64,000 nucleotides of DNA from Narcine bancroftii (lineage: Eukaryota): assembly GCF_036971445.1 (NCBI RefSeq), contig NC_091476.1, positions 72,850,001 to 72,914,000 on the forward strand. Reading direction: 5' to 3'. The notes beneath the pieces are model-generated. The model was given only the letters and a program-made list of their open reading frames with translations, had not been told where the DNA came from and made no database searches. Below are positions 13,841-27,480 of this stretch, piece after piece. A program made the position numbers and the translations under genes. How positions within the stretch are numbered: position 1 is the stretch's first letter; every line of letters begins with the position of its first letter.

Positions 13841-14507
13841 TGAGAGTACAAAAGACTGAGAACTAAAAAAACACATAAGTTTTGAACTCCTGAAGAAGAG
13901 AAAGGAGTTCAATACATCGAAAACGATCTTATGGAAAAAAAACTATTCTCGGATCCAGAGGAAGTAAGGAAATTTGCAGAACAACTACAAAACAACCAGA
14001 GAGATGAAGATATGTAATAAGAGTAAAAATGACCACGATTTATATGTATGTGGGTAAAGAGGTATATGTGTGTATATGTATAATGTATCCGTATTTAGAG
14101 GAAAATATAGATAGTATAGACAAGAATTAATAAGGGAAGGAAATGGAATAGAGGGAATAAGGAGGGAACTAAAAGAGTGACCTTTGTTACATATGAAAAG
14201 TGAAATCTTTTCTTGGGGGGGGCTGGGTGGGGAGGAGTTGCGGTCACTGCAAAATCAGCTGACGCTTGCGAGTGAATTCGCAAATCCAAATGGAGAGGGG
14301 AGATGTGGTTGTCCGACAAGGGATAAAGGACAACTCAGGAGGGGAAGGGGAGATTGGGGCTAAAGAAGTTTTAAATAGGAGAATAATGAAAATGTTTGAT
14401 GTTTTAGGAATGTTGTCTTATAAAGGGTTTAAAACAAGAAAACAGAAATGGATAAGGAGGAAAGGTAATGATGGAGAAACGGAAAGGGAAGATAAACAAA
14501 CTATAAA

Positions 14508-17500
14508 ATGGCTACGTTGAACTATATGACTTTAAATATTAATGGAATACATAACCAAATTAAAAGGAAGAAACTGCTAAATTTACTGAAAAAAGAAAAA
14601 ATTGATATAGCATTTGTGCAAGAAACACATTTAACTGAATTGGAGCATAAGAAATTAAAGAGAGATTGGGTAGAACAGCAGCATCGTATAATTCAAAAGC
14701 AAGAGGAGTAGCTATATTAATTAGTAAAAATGTGCCATTTAAAATAGAAGAGGAAATAATAGATCCAGCAGGGAGATATGTAATGATAAAATGTCAGATA
14801 TATTCGGAGTTTTGGAATCTACTCAATGTATATTCACCTAACGAAGAAGATCAAAAGTTTATACAAGATATCTTTTTGAAGGTAGCAAATACGCAAGGGA
14901 ACATATTAATAGGAGGGGATTTCAACCTGAATTTGGATTCAAATATGGATAAAACTGGGAAAAAAATTAACAGAAAGAACAAAGTAACCAAATTTATAAT
15001 TAAATCGATGCAAGAAATGCAACTTTTGGATATATGGAGGAAACAACACCCTAAAGAAAAGGAATATTCATATTACTCGGCTAGACATAAAACATACTCA
15101 AGAATAGACCTATTTTTGTTATCAGCTAGTATGCAAGATAGAATAAGAAAAACAGAATATAAAGCTAGAATACTATCGGACCATTCACCCTTAATATTGA
15201 CAGTAAAGCTAGAGGACATCCCTCCAAGAATGTATAGATGGAGATTAAACCCCATGTTACTTAAAAGGCAGGATTTTAGAGAATTTATTGAAAAACAAAT
15301 AAAAATGTATTTTGAAATAAATACGGAATCAGTGGAAGATAAGTTTATACTATGGGATGCAATGAAAGCATTCATTAGAGGGCAAATAATAAGTTATGTA
15401 ACCAAGATGAAGAAGGACTATAATCAGGAAACAGAGCAGTTGGAAAGGGAAATAGTAAATATAGAAAAAGAATTAGCAATGAAGGAAGATACAACTAAAA
15501 GAAGAGAATTGGCGGATAAAAAAATAAAATATGAAACACTACAAACATATAAGGTGGAGAAGAATATAATGAAGACAAAACAGAAATATTATGAACTAGG
15601 TGAAAAAACGCACAAAATCCTAGCATGGCAGCTTAAGACAGAACAAGCTAAGAAAATGGTATTGGCATCAAGGAAAAAAGACAAACAAATTACATATAAT
15701 CCAAAAGAAATTAAGGAAAACTTTAGAGAATTCTATGAACAATTATACCGAACTGAAAACGAAGGGAAAGAAGGGAAAATAGATGAATTTCTGACTAAAA
15801 TTGAACTACCAAAACTACAAATAGAGGAACAAAATAAATTAACAGAGCCATTTGGAATAGTAGAAATACAAGAGATAATAAAAAAATTACCAAATAAGAC
15901 TCCAGGAGAGGATGGATTCCCAATAGAATTCTACAAAACATTTAAAGACTTATTAATTCCGCCCCTCCTGGAAGTAATCAACCAGATTGATGAAACACAA
16001 AGCTTACCAGATTCATGTAAAACAGCAATAATTACAGTAATACTAAAGCAAGGGAAAGATCCACTCTCACCAGCGTCATATAGACCAATATCTTTACTTA
16101 ACACAGATTATAAGATAATAGCTAAACTATTAGCAAACAGATTAGCAGAGTATGTACCGAAAATGGTAAATTTAGACCAAACTGGATTTATCAAAAAAAG
16201 ACGCACAACAGACAATATTTGTAAATTTATTAACTTAATTCATGCAGTAGAAGGGAATAAAGCACCTACAGTAGCAGTTGCTTTAGACGCAGAGAAGGCC
16301 TTTGACAGAGTAGAATGGAATTATTTGTTCAAAGTATTGCAAAAATTCAGTTTACCGGAGAAGTATATTAATTGGATTAAAGCATTATATAAGGGACCGT
16401 TAGCGAAAGTGACAGTAAATGGACATGTATCAAAGCAATTTAACTTAAGCAGGTCAACACGGCAGGGATGCCCACTATCACCTTTATTGTTTGCGTTAGC
16501 TATAGAACCACTAGCAGAATTGATAAGAATAGATAATAATATAAAAGGAATAAAAATAAAAGACAAGGAATATAAAATCAGTTTATTTGTGGATGATGTT
16601 ATAGTGTACTTAACAGAACCAGAACTATCAATAAAAGAATTATATAAGAAATTGAAGGAATATGGAGAAGTGTCGGGTTACAAGATAAACGTAAATAAAA
16701 GTGAAGCAATGCCTATGAATAATGCGGATTTCTCAAAATTTAAGAAGGAATCACCATTTAGATGGCAAATGCAAGCAATAAGATACCTAGGTGTACAAAT
16801 AAACAAAAATCTCGGCCAACTATATAAACTCAATTATTATCCACTAATGAAAAAATTACAGGACGATTTAGAGCATTGGAAAGATTTACCACTAACACTA
16901 ATAGGAAGGATAAACTGTATTAAAATGAACATTTTTCCAAGGATATTATACTTATTTCAGGCATTGCCAATACAACTGACAGAGAAATTCTTCAAGGAGT
17001 TAAAGAAAATAATAAGGAAATTTTTATGGAGAGGGGGGAAACCGAGGATAGCACTAGATAAATTAACAGAATGGTATAAACAAGGAGGCTTACAACTGCC
17101 AAATTTTAAAAATTATTATAGAGCCGCACAATTAAGATACCTATCAGATTTTTATCAAACAAGGGAAAAGCCAGATTGGACGAGATTAGAATTAGATAAA
17201 ATAGGGGAAAAGATACCTGAACACATATTATATAAATGGGATGAAAAATTGGTACAACATAGAACTTCTCCAGTATTACATCATCTCCTCAATATTTGGA
17301 AGAAGATTCATGTAGAAAGAAATAAAACAAATTATCAATTACCAAAACTAATATTGACGCAAAACAAGTTACTCCCTTTTACAATAGATAACCTTTCCTT
17401 TAGAGAATGGGGAAAAAAAAGGGATTAAAAGAATAGAAAATTGTTTTTCAGGAAATAGATTCTTATCCTTTTAACAAATGGAAGATAAGTACAATATAAC

Positions 17501-18296
17501 TCAAGATACAGCGCTGGCATATTACCAATTGAGATCCTACTTGAAGGTTAAATTAGGAAGCAGTTTGAGTTTGCCAGAGGCAAGTAACCTTGAATATGTG
17601 ATTACAGATACAATGATAATCAAAAGATTTATAACAAATATGTATATTAAACTGCAAGAAAAGGAAAATGAGGAAACAAATGGTAAAACTAAACAAAAAT
17701 GGGAACAAGATTTAAATATAAAGATAAAAAAGGAAACATGGGAGAAGTTATGCTCCGGAACGATGAGAAATACAATAAATACGAGGTTACGTATGATACA
17801 ATATAACTGGATACACAGGCTATACATTACACCTCAAAAGTTAAATAAATGGGACCCAACAGTATCTGATAGATGTTTTCGATGTAAAAAAGAAATGGGA
17901 ACAACAATTCATGCAATCTGGACATGTGAGAAAGTAAAAAAATTTTGGGAAGATCTAAATCAGATATTAAATAAAATAACAGAAAACAATATACCAAAGA
18001 ATCCAGAGATCTTCCTCCTAAGTAACATAAAAAACAAAGAATTTGGACTTGATTTGGAGGGTGTACAAAAAAGATTTGTTAAGATAGCTCTAGCCGTAGC
18101 AAAAAAATGTATTATGTCAACCTGGAAATTGGAAGATAATTTGAAAATACAACAATGGTATATAGAAATGAATAAATGTATTCCATTAGAAAAAATAACA
18201 TATAGTTTAAGAAATAATATTGAAATATTCGAACAAATATGGGAGCCTTACAGTAAATACAATAGCGAAAACCTACCGAGGACAATCATTACCTAA
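14508..18296 (+). pseudogene. L1 ORF2p (APE endonuclease + RT + C-terminal Cys/His domain), disrupted
   Basis: MATLNYMTLNINGI...VQETHL, GGDFN, SRIDLFL, SDHSP, RQGCPLSP, FVDD and CFRC...H..W.C motifs. Frameshift near 14670, +1 A in the run at ~17413-17420, and a TAA at ~17472 where copy 2 has GAA. Confidence 0.92.
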
Positions 18297-18950
18297 GTTA
18301 ATGGAAGGAAAAGGAAATGAAAAGAATGGACTCAGTAGAATTTCTGGTGTATTTTTATTGAATGACAACATTGTCTGACTTGTGTAATGTATCCTAGATT
18401 GTATACCTTAAATGGACGGGAGGGGGGAGGTAGGTAGGGAGGGTGGGTTGGGAGGAGGGAGGGGGGGAGAAAATGGCACTGTATATGTGTGAAAAGGAAA
18501 AAGTGTGTACCATGGTTAATGTGATTTATGGTGTGAAAAATAAAAAAATAAAAAATAAAAAAAAAAGAAAGAATGAGCTTATAGACACTAGAATTAGAAG
18601 GACAAGAGGGGATCTGATTGAAACAGATTATGAATGGATTGGAAATGCTAGAGGCAGGAAATATGTTCCTGATGTTGGGGGTGGGGGCGGGGGTCCAGAA
18701 CCAGAGGCCGCAGTTTAAGAATAAGGAGTAGGCCATTTAGAACGGAGCGGAGGAAGAATTTTTCACCCAGAGAATTGCGGACCCTTACTGAGGCAATAGA
18801 GGAAGTTGCCAGGAGTTGTGGGGGGGGTGGGGGGAGAGATCGGCAGGGAGGGAGCGGTTCATACGCGAGAGAGGGGAAGATGTTGATCTGAATCAGGATG
18901 AGGTTTTGAGGGAGGGTATTTGACTTATTATCTTGCTCCTCCCTGATTAA

Positions 18951-19130
<180 letters not shown>

Positions 19131-20015
19131 AGTGGCCCCCAGGGCAGGATTGGAGGGGTGTTCTTCCCTTCCCTCTGCGGCCCTCCTTCGGTAGTTCTGT
19201 CGACATGTTCTAGCATTTTCCTCTGAGGAAACTGTCACTGTTTCTTGCTCCTTCCTGTGGGGGGGAGTTGGGGGCTGGGTCCTAGGCCGAGTTGTGTCAT
19301 TTTTCTCTTTTTTTCTTCATGCAGGTGAATTAGTACTCGGTGCTTCGGCCAAGTGTGGGACCACGTGCTGCCCGCGCCTTTCCCGTCTTCTGCGCCTGCC
19401 AAGTGTGCCCGTGTCTTTCCCGCCACGCGCGACCTCCCCTTTCCTGCTGTCTGCGCCCACTGCTCCTGCCCACTCTGCTCTGGCGCATGCCCCCTGCCAC
19501 CAGTTCCCCCCCCCCCCGAGCCCCCGCACGTGCGCACTCTTTGACCAGCCACCCTCCACCGCCCTGGATGGGGGCCCCAGCAGAGGAGATGCTGGATGAG
19601 GGGAGCTAGGGTGTCACCAGCCGGCTCTGGCCTTTTCGTAAGGCGGGGTGAGTGGGCAAAGTGCGGGCGAGGGCCTGGGCCCTAGCGGCCTTCTGCTGCC
19701 GTGACAGGACTGTACGGGTGGGGGTAGGGTTGTTGCTGTGGTGGGCCTCAACTTGCTGGAGCATTGTCATGTGGGAGCCCAGCCTTGTCCCATCTGGGGA
19801 GAGTTAAATTATCCCTGTTCTTTTGTTTTCACCCCTTTGACTGTCCCCACACGTTGGAAGGCAGCAAACGGAGGCTGAACCCCGGCCTTGCTCAGCGGGA
19901 TGGTCCGGTGCTGAAATGTCAGAAATCTGCCCCAATCCCAGCACTGAACTCGGCCCCTGCCTCTGAGGTGAAAAGGTGAGGTCCAGAAGTTACCAATGGC
20001 CACCTTGAATTTTGT

Positions 20016-20021
20016 AATAAA
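20016..20021 (+). terminator. Candidate polyadenylation signal for H3.3 (AATAAA); possible distal ATTAAA near 22080
   Basis: AATAAA in a T-rich context ~890 nt after the stop; no replication-dependent histone stem-loop was seen after the stop. Confidence 0.45.
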
Positions 20022-21226
20022 TTTTATACTGCGGTAAAGCAAAAAAAAATATTTTTCCATTGGTAAATATGAACCTTGAAGGGGGAGAGAAATGACACTG
20101 GTGACGCCCACCCATTTGTCTCCACGCCTCTTGGTTCTGTGACTTCTGGTTGCCTCAGCCTTCATTATGTTCAAAAGGGATTGGGGTGGTAGTGGGACTC
20201 TTATATCGAGCTGTTGGACTGATTTTTATTTCGGTCTCCTGTCTTGTTTTTGATTTTGAAATTTAGCCGCATAGCACAGTTGCAGGCCCACAGGCCAGTG
20301 CCGCCCAGTTGCCCTACGGCCTCACCGCTGGTTCGCGTCAAAGGGGTGGCAGGAAAGGTGGGGGAGTAAATCCATGTGGGGGGGTGGCAGCGGGTCGTAC
20401 AAGCCCCTTCTAGATTCAAATCCCGAACACCAGCCAATTGGAGGTCGAGTCTCTCCCTAGATCTCTCAGTTAAGGTCACCCGAGAGAAATGGAAGTGAAG
20501 CACGAAAGACTGCAGGATCTTGTGGTTGACTTAAAAACACAATGCTGGAGAAACTCAGCAGGTCAATGTACTTCATGTAGCAACAGTCATAGACCCTTGA
20601 TGAAAGCCTCAAGCCTGAAACATTGGTATCTTTGCTTAATAAACTGTTTGGCCAGCATTGTGTTTTTCACAAAAATAAAATGGGAGCGCGATCAAATTTC
20701 GCATTTCAACCTACGACAGAAAAGGATCTGAACTCTATAACGGTTGGGAGCAAAGGAACATGTTTCCTCATTGTCAGGTGGGAGGGCTTGTTTCAGAGTG
20801 CAAATCGTCCAAGCTGGCGGGTGAATTTTTTCCTATGCAGTTGCTCAGGAGTGGGTGGGCCCCCCTCTTGTGATGGAGAGGGGTTGCCAGTGTGAAATGC
20901 GGGTTCCCTCTGCTGTGGGGGTGTGGGAAGGCGGGCACTGGGTGATTGTGGCCCAGGCACGGGATTCTCAGCACAAATCCTTCCCGGTCTCCTCATCGGG
21001 GATGCCTTTCCAAGCGTCAACCACAGCTGTGTTTTGGAGGGGAAAGGACCCTCCAAAGTGAAATGGCTCCTGCCTCATCCCTGCCAATCTCCCTCTGCCT
21101 GCCCTCCCTCCCCGCATCCTTAAACAAGGACAAACAGCGTCCCACACTTGTAGCACCAGTTTCTCAAGTTCACAGTACGGTCCAGGGTGTTTTATAATCT
21201 GATCTTTAAATCTTTCATATCAACTA

Positions 21227-21918
21227 CAGGTGGTCCCTGATTTACGATGGCCCAATTTAGGATTTTTCAAAGTTACTGTGGTAAAATCTGTACTGTACTT
21301 TGAATTAGGATAGACTTCGCTATGCCATTCAGTCTCCCAACTGCCCCGTGTCGGACCCCACACTGATCCCACTGCCCTGCTCTCTTCTCACAGCTCTGTG
21401 TCAGTCCCCACACTGATCCCACTCCCCCTGCTCTCTCACCACAGTCCCCACACTGCCCTGCTTTCTCAGTGTCAGTCCCCACACTGATCCCACTGCCCTG
21501 CTCTCTCCCCACAGCCCCGTGTCAGTCCCCACACTGATCCCATTGTCCCGTGTCAGTCCCCACACTGCCCCGCTCTCTCCCCACAGCCCCGTGTCGATCC
21601 CCACACTGATCCCACTGCCCCGCTCTCTCACGACGGGACTGTATCAGTTCCCCAAACTAATTCCAGTTATGATGTCATTATGAAATAAATGAAAAATATC
21701 TTGATCATTTTTATTAACCTTAACAGTTTTAGCATTATTTACAGCTAAATGTTGTTTTTAAAACCTTTTTATAAAATGATTTGAAAGGATGGGGATTCGT
21801 TGTAATTATCGGGATTTCTGAATCCAGTGGGGGATTTGGGCAGTACATACCTGTATTCTTTTTCAACTTACGATGGGTATGCCGGAGCGTAACCCCATCG
21901 TATGTTGAGGAGCACCTG
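21227..21918. mobile_element. Tigger/pogo-like MITE with TA target-site duplication
   Basis: TA|CAGGTGGTCCCTGATTTACGATGG ... CCATCGTATGTTGAGGAGCACCTG|TA: imperfect 24-bp TIRs. Confidence 0.8.
21340..21645. repeat. Degenerate minisatellite inside the Tigger-like MITE
   Basis: Repeated units built from gtgtcagtccccacactgatcccactgccctgctctctc. Confidence 0.85.
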
Positions 21919-24900
21919 TACATTGTAGAAAAAAGTTCGTAGAAAAGGCTTTTATTTGTGTTTTAAAAGTTTTAACCTATTTGTATTTGTCTTTCTGAAG
22001 AAGTTTCTTCATCTGTATTCATGATGTCTCTCCTTTCCTCTCTCCGATTGCTGTCTCCTCCTATCTTGTACACATTACTATTAAAAGCGTGAAATCTAAA
22101 GACTGACTTGTGATTTGCTCTTCACCAGATCAACTGGCCTTTTCCCAATCTTCCTCCTCCCCGTGCCCTCTTTTTAATCACCGCCTGCTCTGCCCTCCAT
22201 TGGTGGTGAAGACCTTGACTTGCTCCTTCCGTTCAACCAGACTGAGGCCGGTTTATAAGCCGAAAACCATCTGCAGTAAAACACAGAAGCCTGTGGCCGC
22301 AATGCTGGAGGAACTCTGTGTCCTTTCACATCACAGACCAACAGCAATAGAAATTCACCAAGACAATGGTATCTTAAACGATCATTTTGATCTTAACCCC
22401 AACAATGTGTGTGTGGATCACTCAAACCGTTACAGCTTAGGAGCAATTCTGAAAAGTCCATTCAAAGTTCAGTCTGAGAAATCTTGTGTTGAAACTCAGA
22501 ATCTTTTAACTGGTGTTTGCAAGTAATTGTGGAGTAGGGAAGACCCTGAGTCTTCAGACTTATCAAAACTCATGAATTCATGTCGAGTTGGCGATGTTTC
22601 TTCATGCGAATTTACGATTTCTCCCTTTTTTTTACCAGTGTTGATGTCATTACTTTTCAATGCGATGGTTTCCCAGGCAAGGGTTAAAACAAAATAATCA
22701 CAATCCAAATCAAGCGTGATCTTGCCACCTTTACCCAGATACGGGCCAGTCGAAAGCGATCATTGCAATGGCTGCAGCTTTGCTTCTCTCTCGACAAAGA
22801 AGCAGCTAAAGTGACCATCTTCTGCAGTCACTTTAATTCCATCTGTAGATGAATCTGGTTGAATATTAAAAATGCTTTTTTTTATCTCTCCAAGTGTCTT
22901 TAATCATATGACTTGCTTGAGCAATACATAGTGTTTAGGTTTCAATTTCCCCAAAGCAGAGTTATGTGTAGATGGCTGTTTGAACAGGTGTCTCTTGTTA
23001 GTTAACCTTCCATCGTTTCAGTATTTCAATTGAGAACAATAACTCTGGTTTTATGACCTTTTGGTGCCTAAAATATATGTAACAGTACTTTATATAGCAA
23101 AGATAAAGATACATATACCCTTCTCTACACTGGAGAGACTGGGAAATCGCTTCACTGGAGCACCTTCGCTCTCACCACACCAGTGACAGTGGGCGACCGT
23201 TTCAGTTCTGGATCCCACACTTGCATGGCCTCGTGTAAGTTGGAGGAGGAACACCCGATTTTTTTTTCTATCTGGGCACTCTAACGTCAACCTCTCCAGT
23301 TTCTGCTAGCCTTTCCTCTGCTCCCTCAAATCTCCGCCTCCTTCCCTCTTTATACGCAGCCATCCTCCCTTATCCACCAATTACCTCCTGCTTTCGGGAT
23401 CATGCTCCTGCCCCTCCGCGGGCGCCCCCCACCCTATTGTTCGGGCACCTGCCGACATTTTGCCTGTACCTTCCTCAAGCCTGAAACGTTGAATATGTAT
23501 CTTTATTTTTGCTTCATAAAGGACACTTTGACCTGCTGATTTTCGCCAGCGTTGCGTTTTTTTTTACAAAAAACCAGTCTGCAATCGGCCCTGAGTTTCT
23601 GTCGCTGAATCTATTACAAGTCTAGAAAGCTGGTTGTGTGGGTGGGGATGGGGGGGGGTGGGGAAGAGAGCGAAGCGGAGACCAAGGTCGAATCATCTGA
23701 CCACACCTTGTGGGAGATGCTCTGAAGGTTAGGAGTAGAACTGCTTTGGGTGGAAGCTGTTTTCTAGAAATGTGTGCCTCTATCCAGGAGTTGCAAAATG
23801 TGTTTCGCTGTTAGCTACTTTTCTCGGGGTGACCATGGCGAATACCAGTGGGCATCTGTAAGGAATTTGCACGTTCTCCCCGTGTCCGCATGGGTTTTCT
23901 TCCAGGTGCTCCAGTTTCCTCCCACCGTTCAAAATGTACCAGGGGATTGTCGGTTAATTGGAGTGAGCTCGAAGGTCCTGTTACCGTGCTGTAATTTTTA
24001 ATGGGAAATGTCTTGGGATGATGGTGGGAGGAGTTTTTAAACTCAGAATGGTGGGCAGCCGCGAGGGGCGCTGGTGTAAAGGGGACATTCAAGATTCTTT
24101 GGAGCGTAGAAGGACGAGATTACGAGAGGCGTAAATAAGGGCTGTTGCCCAGGGTAGGATCGGCTAACACCAGAGGACATCTGCACAAAGTGAAGGGAGG
24201 AAAGTTTAGGGGAGACATCGGGGGTACGTTTTTCTTTTACAACAGATTTGTGGAAGCCTGGAATACCTCACGCGGGGTGGTAGTGGAGGCCGAAGCATTG
24301 GGGGCGTGCAAGAGACTGGCATATGGACGAAAGAAAAAATAGAGGGTTATGGGGTAGAGAAGGTTTAGTACCTTTTTTTAGGAATATATATGTCAGCATA
24401 ACATCAAGGGCCAAAGGGCTTGTCCTGTGCTGTAGTGTCCCATGTTCTAAGCCCATGAATGCAGGGAAAATACAGGGTTACCGAGATGGGGAGAATAGAT
24501 TGTTGTAGAGTAGGTTAACACAGGTCGATACATCGTGAGCCAAAGGGCCTGCATTGTGCTGGGATGTTCCATGTTATGCAGTTTCGACTGAATATGTTGG
24601 GCCTTTGAGCTCGGACGCTAGGTAAGAGCCAAAGTTCTCTCCCACCCCACCAGAAGGTCCCTTATGTTAACTGGTCAAGCCTAGGACTTTCTTTAAAAAT
24701 ATGCCTTGATGTACGTGGTGCGGGGTGCTCAAGTTTTATAGACCAGGTCCAAAGACAAAAAGGTGTTCTCAATGCAGCACCCATTGCTGTGACCTTATAA
24801 CAGAATCAGAATTTAGCGTCACGACAAGTCATGAAATTCGATGTTTTGCGGCAGCGTCGCAGTCCCAACGTTAATATAAACCTCCTTACAACAATAAATT

Positions 24901-25593
24901 GGAGGATAGAAGAATGAGAGGGGGTCTCATGGAAACATTTCGAAGGCTGAAAGGATTGAATCAGATGCTTCCCCTGGTGGGTGAGTACGGGACAAGAGGG
25001 CACGGTCTTAGAATTAGAGGGGGCCCATTTAAAACAGATGAGGAGAAATTTGTTTAGCCAGAGGGTCGTGGAATTTGTTGCCACGTACAGCTGTAGCGCC
25101 CGGGTCGTCGGGGGAGTTTAAGATGATCAAGGGATGTGGGGGAGGGGGAGGCTGGAAATTGGAACGAGCCGGGGCAAATGGTTTAGCTCAGGGTGGAGTG
25201 GCGGAGCAGACTTGATGGGCCGAATGGCCTACTTCTGTTCCTTTATTTCGTGAAATGAAAATTGGGCTGGAAAAGACAGTGTCTGCGGTCAATTGTTCAT
25301 TGACGAATCTGCGTCCCTGTGACGCTGAGCGCTCGCCTTCAGGCTCCTGGACCTTTTTCCCCTGATGGTAGCAGACTGAAGATGGCACAGCCTGGGTGTC
25401 GGGAGCTAGGACGGGGCGAAAATCCGGGCTCAGGGTGTCGGGAGCTCTGGTGGGTGGGACCGGAAGGTAAGTCTGCGTTCGGGGCATCGGGAGCTCGGAC
25501 GGGCGGGCAGACGGGGGCGAAAATAGGGAGGCCGGGAGTCAACTATTGGACGAGATCAACCACGACGTGGTACAAGTGTGAAGGAGTGTGGCG

Positions 25594-26306
25594 TTAGACG
25601 GCAGTCTCACACTCTGTGCTAATGCAAGGCGAGAGCATGGAATGGGGCCCCGTCCTGCCGTGGCGGGAGCTCTCGTCTCCCGAACAGCACAGCCTGGTGG
25701 AGCACTCCGCCCTGCACGCCAGCTCACACTCTGAGCCCCACGCGGCGCCCCCGCCCCCCACCTCCGGCTGCACTGTGGCGCCGGAGATTCCCTCACCCCG
25801 CAAGAAGGCGCTGGCGCGCCGGGCCACTCCGGCCTCGCGGCACTTGACGTGGGCCGTGGCCACCAGCCGCCTGCCGGCCAGCCTCCACACGTGCAGCTCG
25901 TGCACGGCCGTCACCCCATCCAGGCCCAGCAGCCTTGTCCGCAGCCGGCCCAGGTCCAGGCCACCTGGCACCGCCTGCAACAGGAGCAGGCCCGACTCCT
26001 TCACCTGAGGACAGGCTGCCCACAGCGCCCTGGCGATCAGCCCGAGGCACAGGACTGGGTCGAGGTGCAGCCACCAGCAGGGCTCGTCCAGGCCAGCTGG
26101 ACCCCCGCACTGGCCCTCAGCACACGCAGGCCAGGAGGTGTAGTACGCCACGGCGTTGAACAGTGCCAGCGCCGAGACGACGGAATCTCCCAGCACACGG
26201 GGAGAGGCGCTCCGCCAACTCGGGGACAGTTCTTCGCCCGCCACGCAGGGCTTCTGGGCCTCCTCACCTCGCCCCAGGCCGTTGATCCGCACCTTGTCCG
26301 GAGGCT
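25594..26306 (-). CDS. SLC30A1/ZnT1-like cation diffusion facilitator, coding exon 2
   Basis: LDPVLCL, KESGLLLLQAVP, DGVTAVHELHVWRLAG..LVATAHVKC, TVQPE and CELACRAECSTRLCC parallel the ZnT1 C-terminal half. Acceptor ttgtcattgcag| at 26307; phase 1 matches exon 1. Confidence 0.85.
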
Positions 26307-26488
26307 CTGCAATGACAAGACGTGAGCAGCCTCTTGCCAGCTGTAAAACCAGGGGCAAATCCTTCCCCTCCATCGAGAACCTCTACGGGGACCGTTGCCG
26401 TGGGCGAGCATCAAGCATCCACACCACCCAGCACACGCTCTGTTCTCACTTTTGCCATCAGGAAAGAGGTCCGGGTGCCTCAAGACTC

Positions 26489-26693
26489 AGGGTTGGGGCA
26501 ACGCCTTTACAGCTCCAGCGATCGGGACCGGGGTTCAAATCCCGCGCTGTCCATAAGGAGTTTGTACGTTCTCCCCAGGGGCCCCGGTTTCCTCCCACCG
26601 TTCAAAATGTATCGGGGGTGCAGGTTAAATTGGAAGGCATGGATTAATGGGCCGAAATGGTCTGTTACCGCCCTGTAGGTCTAATTTAAATTA
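26489..26693 (+). mobile_element. V-SINE-like element inserted in a Rex-like fragment (TSD AGACTC)
   Basis: B-box-like GGTTCAAATCCC plus the V-domain-like core (gagtttgtacgttctccc...ggtttcctcccac); AGACTC flanks both sides. Related copies at ~5260-5460, 6132-6325 (-), 11115-11290, 23800-24000, 40222-40465 and 59189-59420. Confidence 0.7.
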
Positions 26694-26984
26694 GAGACTC
26701 GCACCAGCAGGTTCAGGAACAGCTGATGCCCCTCCACCAGCAGACTCCTCAACCACAAACTCAATCGGGGGCTTTTTAAAAATGTAAACATACACCATGG
26801 AAACAGGCCCTTGAGTCCCAATTTACACCCAATTAACCTACACCCCTGGTACGTATCAGGACTAGGATGGAAGAGGATGCTGAAGGTTTGGGACCTAGGG
26901 CTGCCGATGGTTTGGTGGAGCTGCGAGAACGCTGGATGTCAATCCAATGACGCTCGGTGACTCTGGGGGGAAAGGGGGAGGGGG

Positions 26985-27460
26985 TGTGATATAGAAAATT
27001 TAGGTTAAAAAGACTTAAGTTAAAATGTGATGATTAATCATAAACAGGGAAGCCAGAACGGACAGAGAGTTTACTAGCAGTCAAGGACAGAAGGAGCTGC
27101 TGAATATGTTTTTTTAAACCTATCTTTTCATGGTCATAGTGAGAGACATGCAGGAGACAAAGGATTGATAAGAAGTGTGAGAAACAGAATTCAATGAATG
27201 TAGAGTTCACAGCGTACGTAACGAACGTGATAATTAATAATGCAGTTATACTTAGAATGTTTTTGTAATACTAACCAATTAAAACAGTATTAATAAGAAG
27301 GGGAAGGGCAAATAATAAAGGTATAAAAATCAATGCACTGTATGTATCGGGGCTTAACTGGTGAGAAACCAGTTGAGTCCAACTCTGCAGACTTGTAAAT
27401 AAAGCTTGTCGTGTCATCAGTTTTAAAGAGACTCATGTGTGAGAAGTTTTATTTCTGACA
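26985..27460 (+). repeat. ERV 5' LTR (476 bp)
   Basis: TGTGAT...TGACA; CCAAT at 27275, TATAAAA at 27322, AATAAA at 27398. Confidence 0.96.
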
Positions 27461-27462
27461 AA

Positions 27463-27480
27463 TGGGGGCTCGTCCGGGAT
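27463..27480 (+). promoter_or_regulatory. Primer binding site, tRNA-Pro
   Basis: TGGGGGCTCGTCCGGGAT, the 18-nt MLV-type tRNA-Pro PBS, 2 nt after the LTR. Candidate major splice donor G|GTAAGT at 27663/27664. Confidence 0.93.

Larger units (their letters stand above)
12507..18566 (+). mobile_element. Full-length L1-clade LINE (~6.06 kb) in the last H3.3 intron, sense orientation
   Basis: 5'UTR, ORF1, spacer, ORF2, G-rich 3'UTR and A-rich tail. TSD GAAAGAAT (12495-12502 / 18567-18574, extendable to ...AGCT with one indel). It interrupts a CR1-like fossil. Confidence 0.95.

Noticed and set aside
19131-19260. Replication-dependent histone stem-loop
   Set aside because: Not seen; the gene has introns and H3.3 residues, consistent with a polyadenylated variant.
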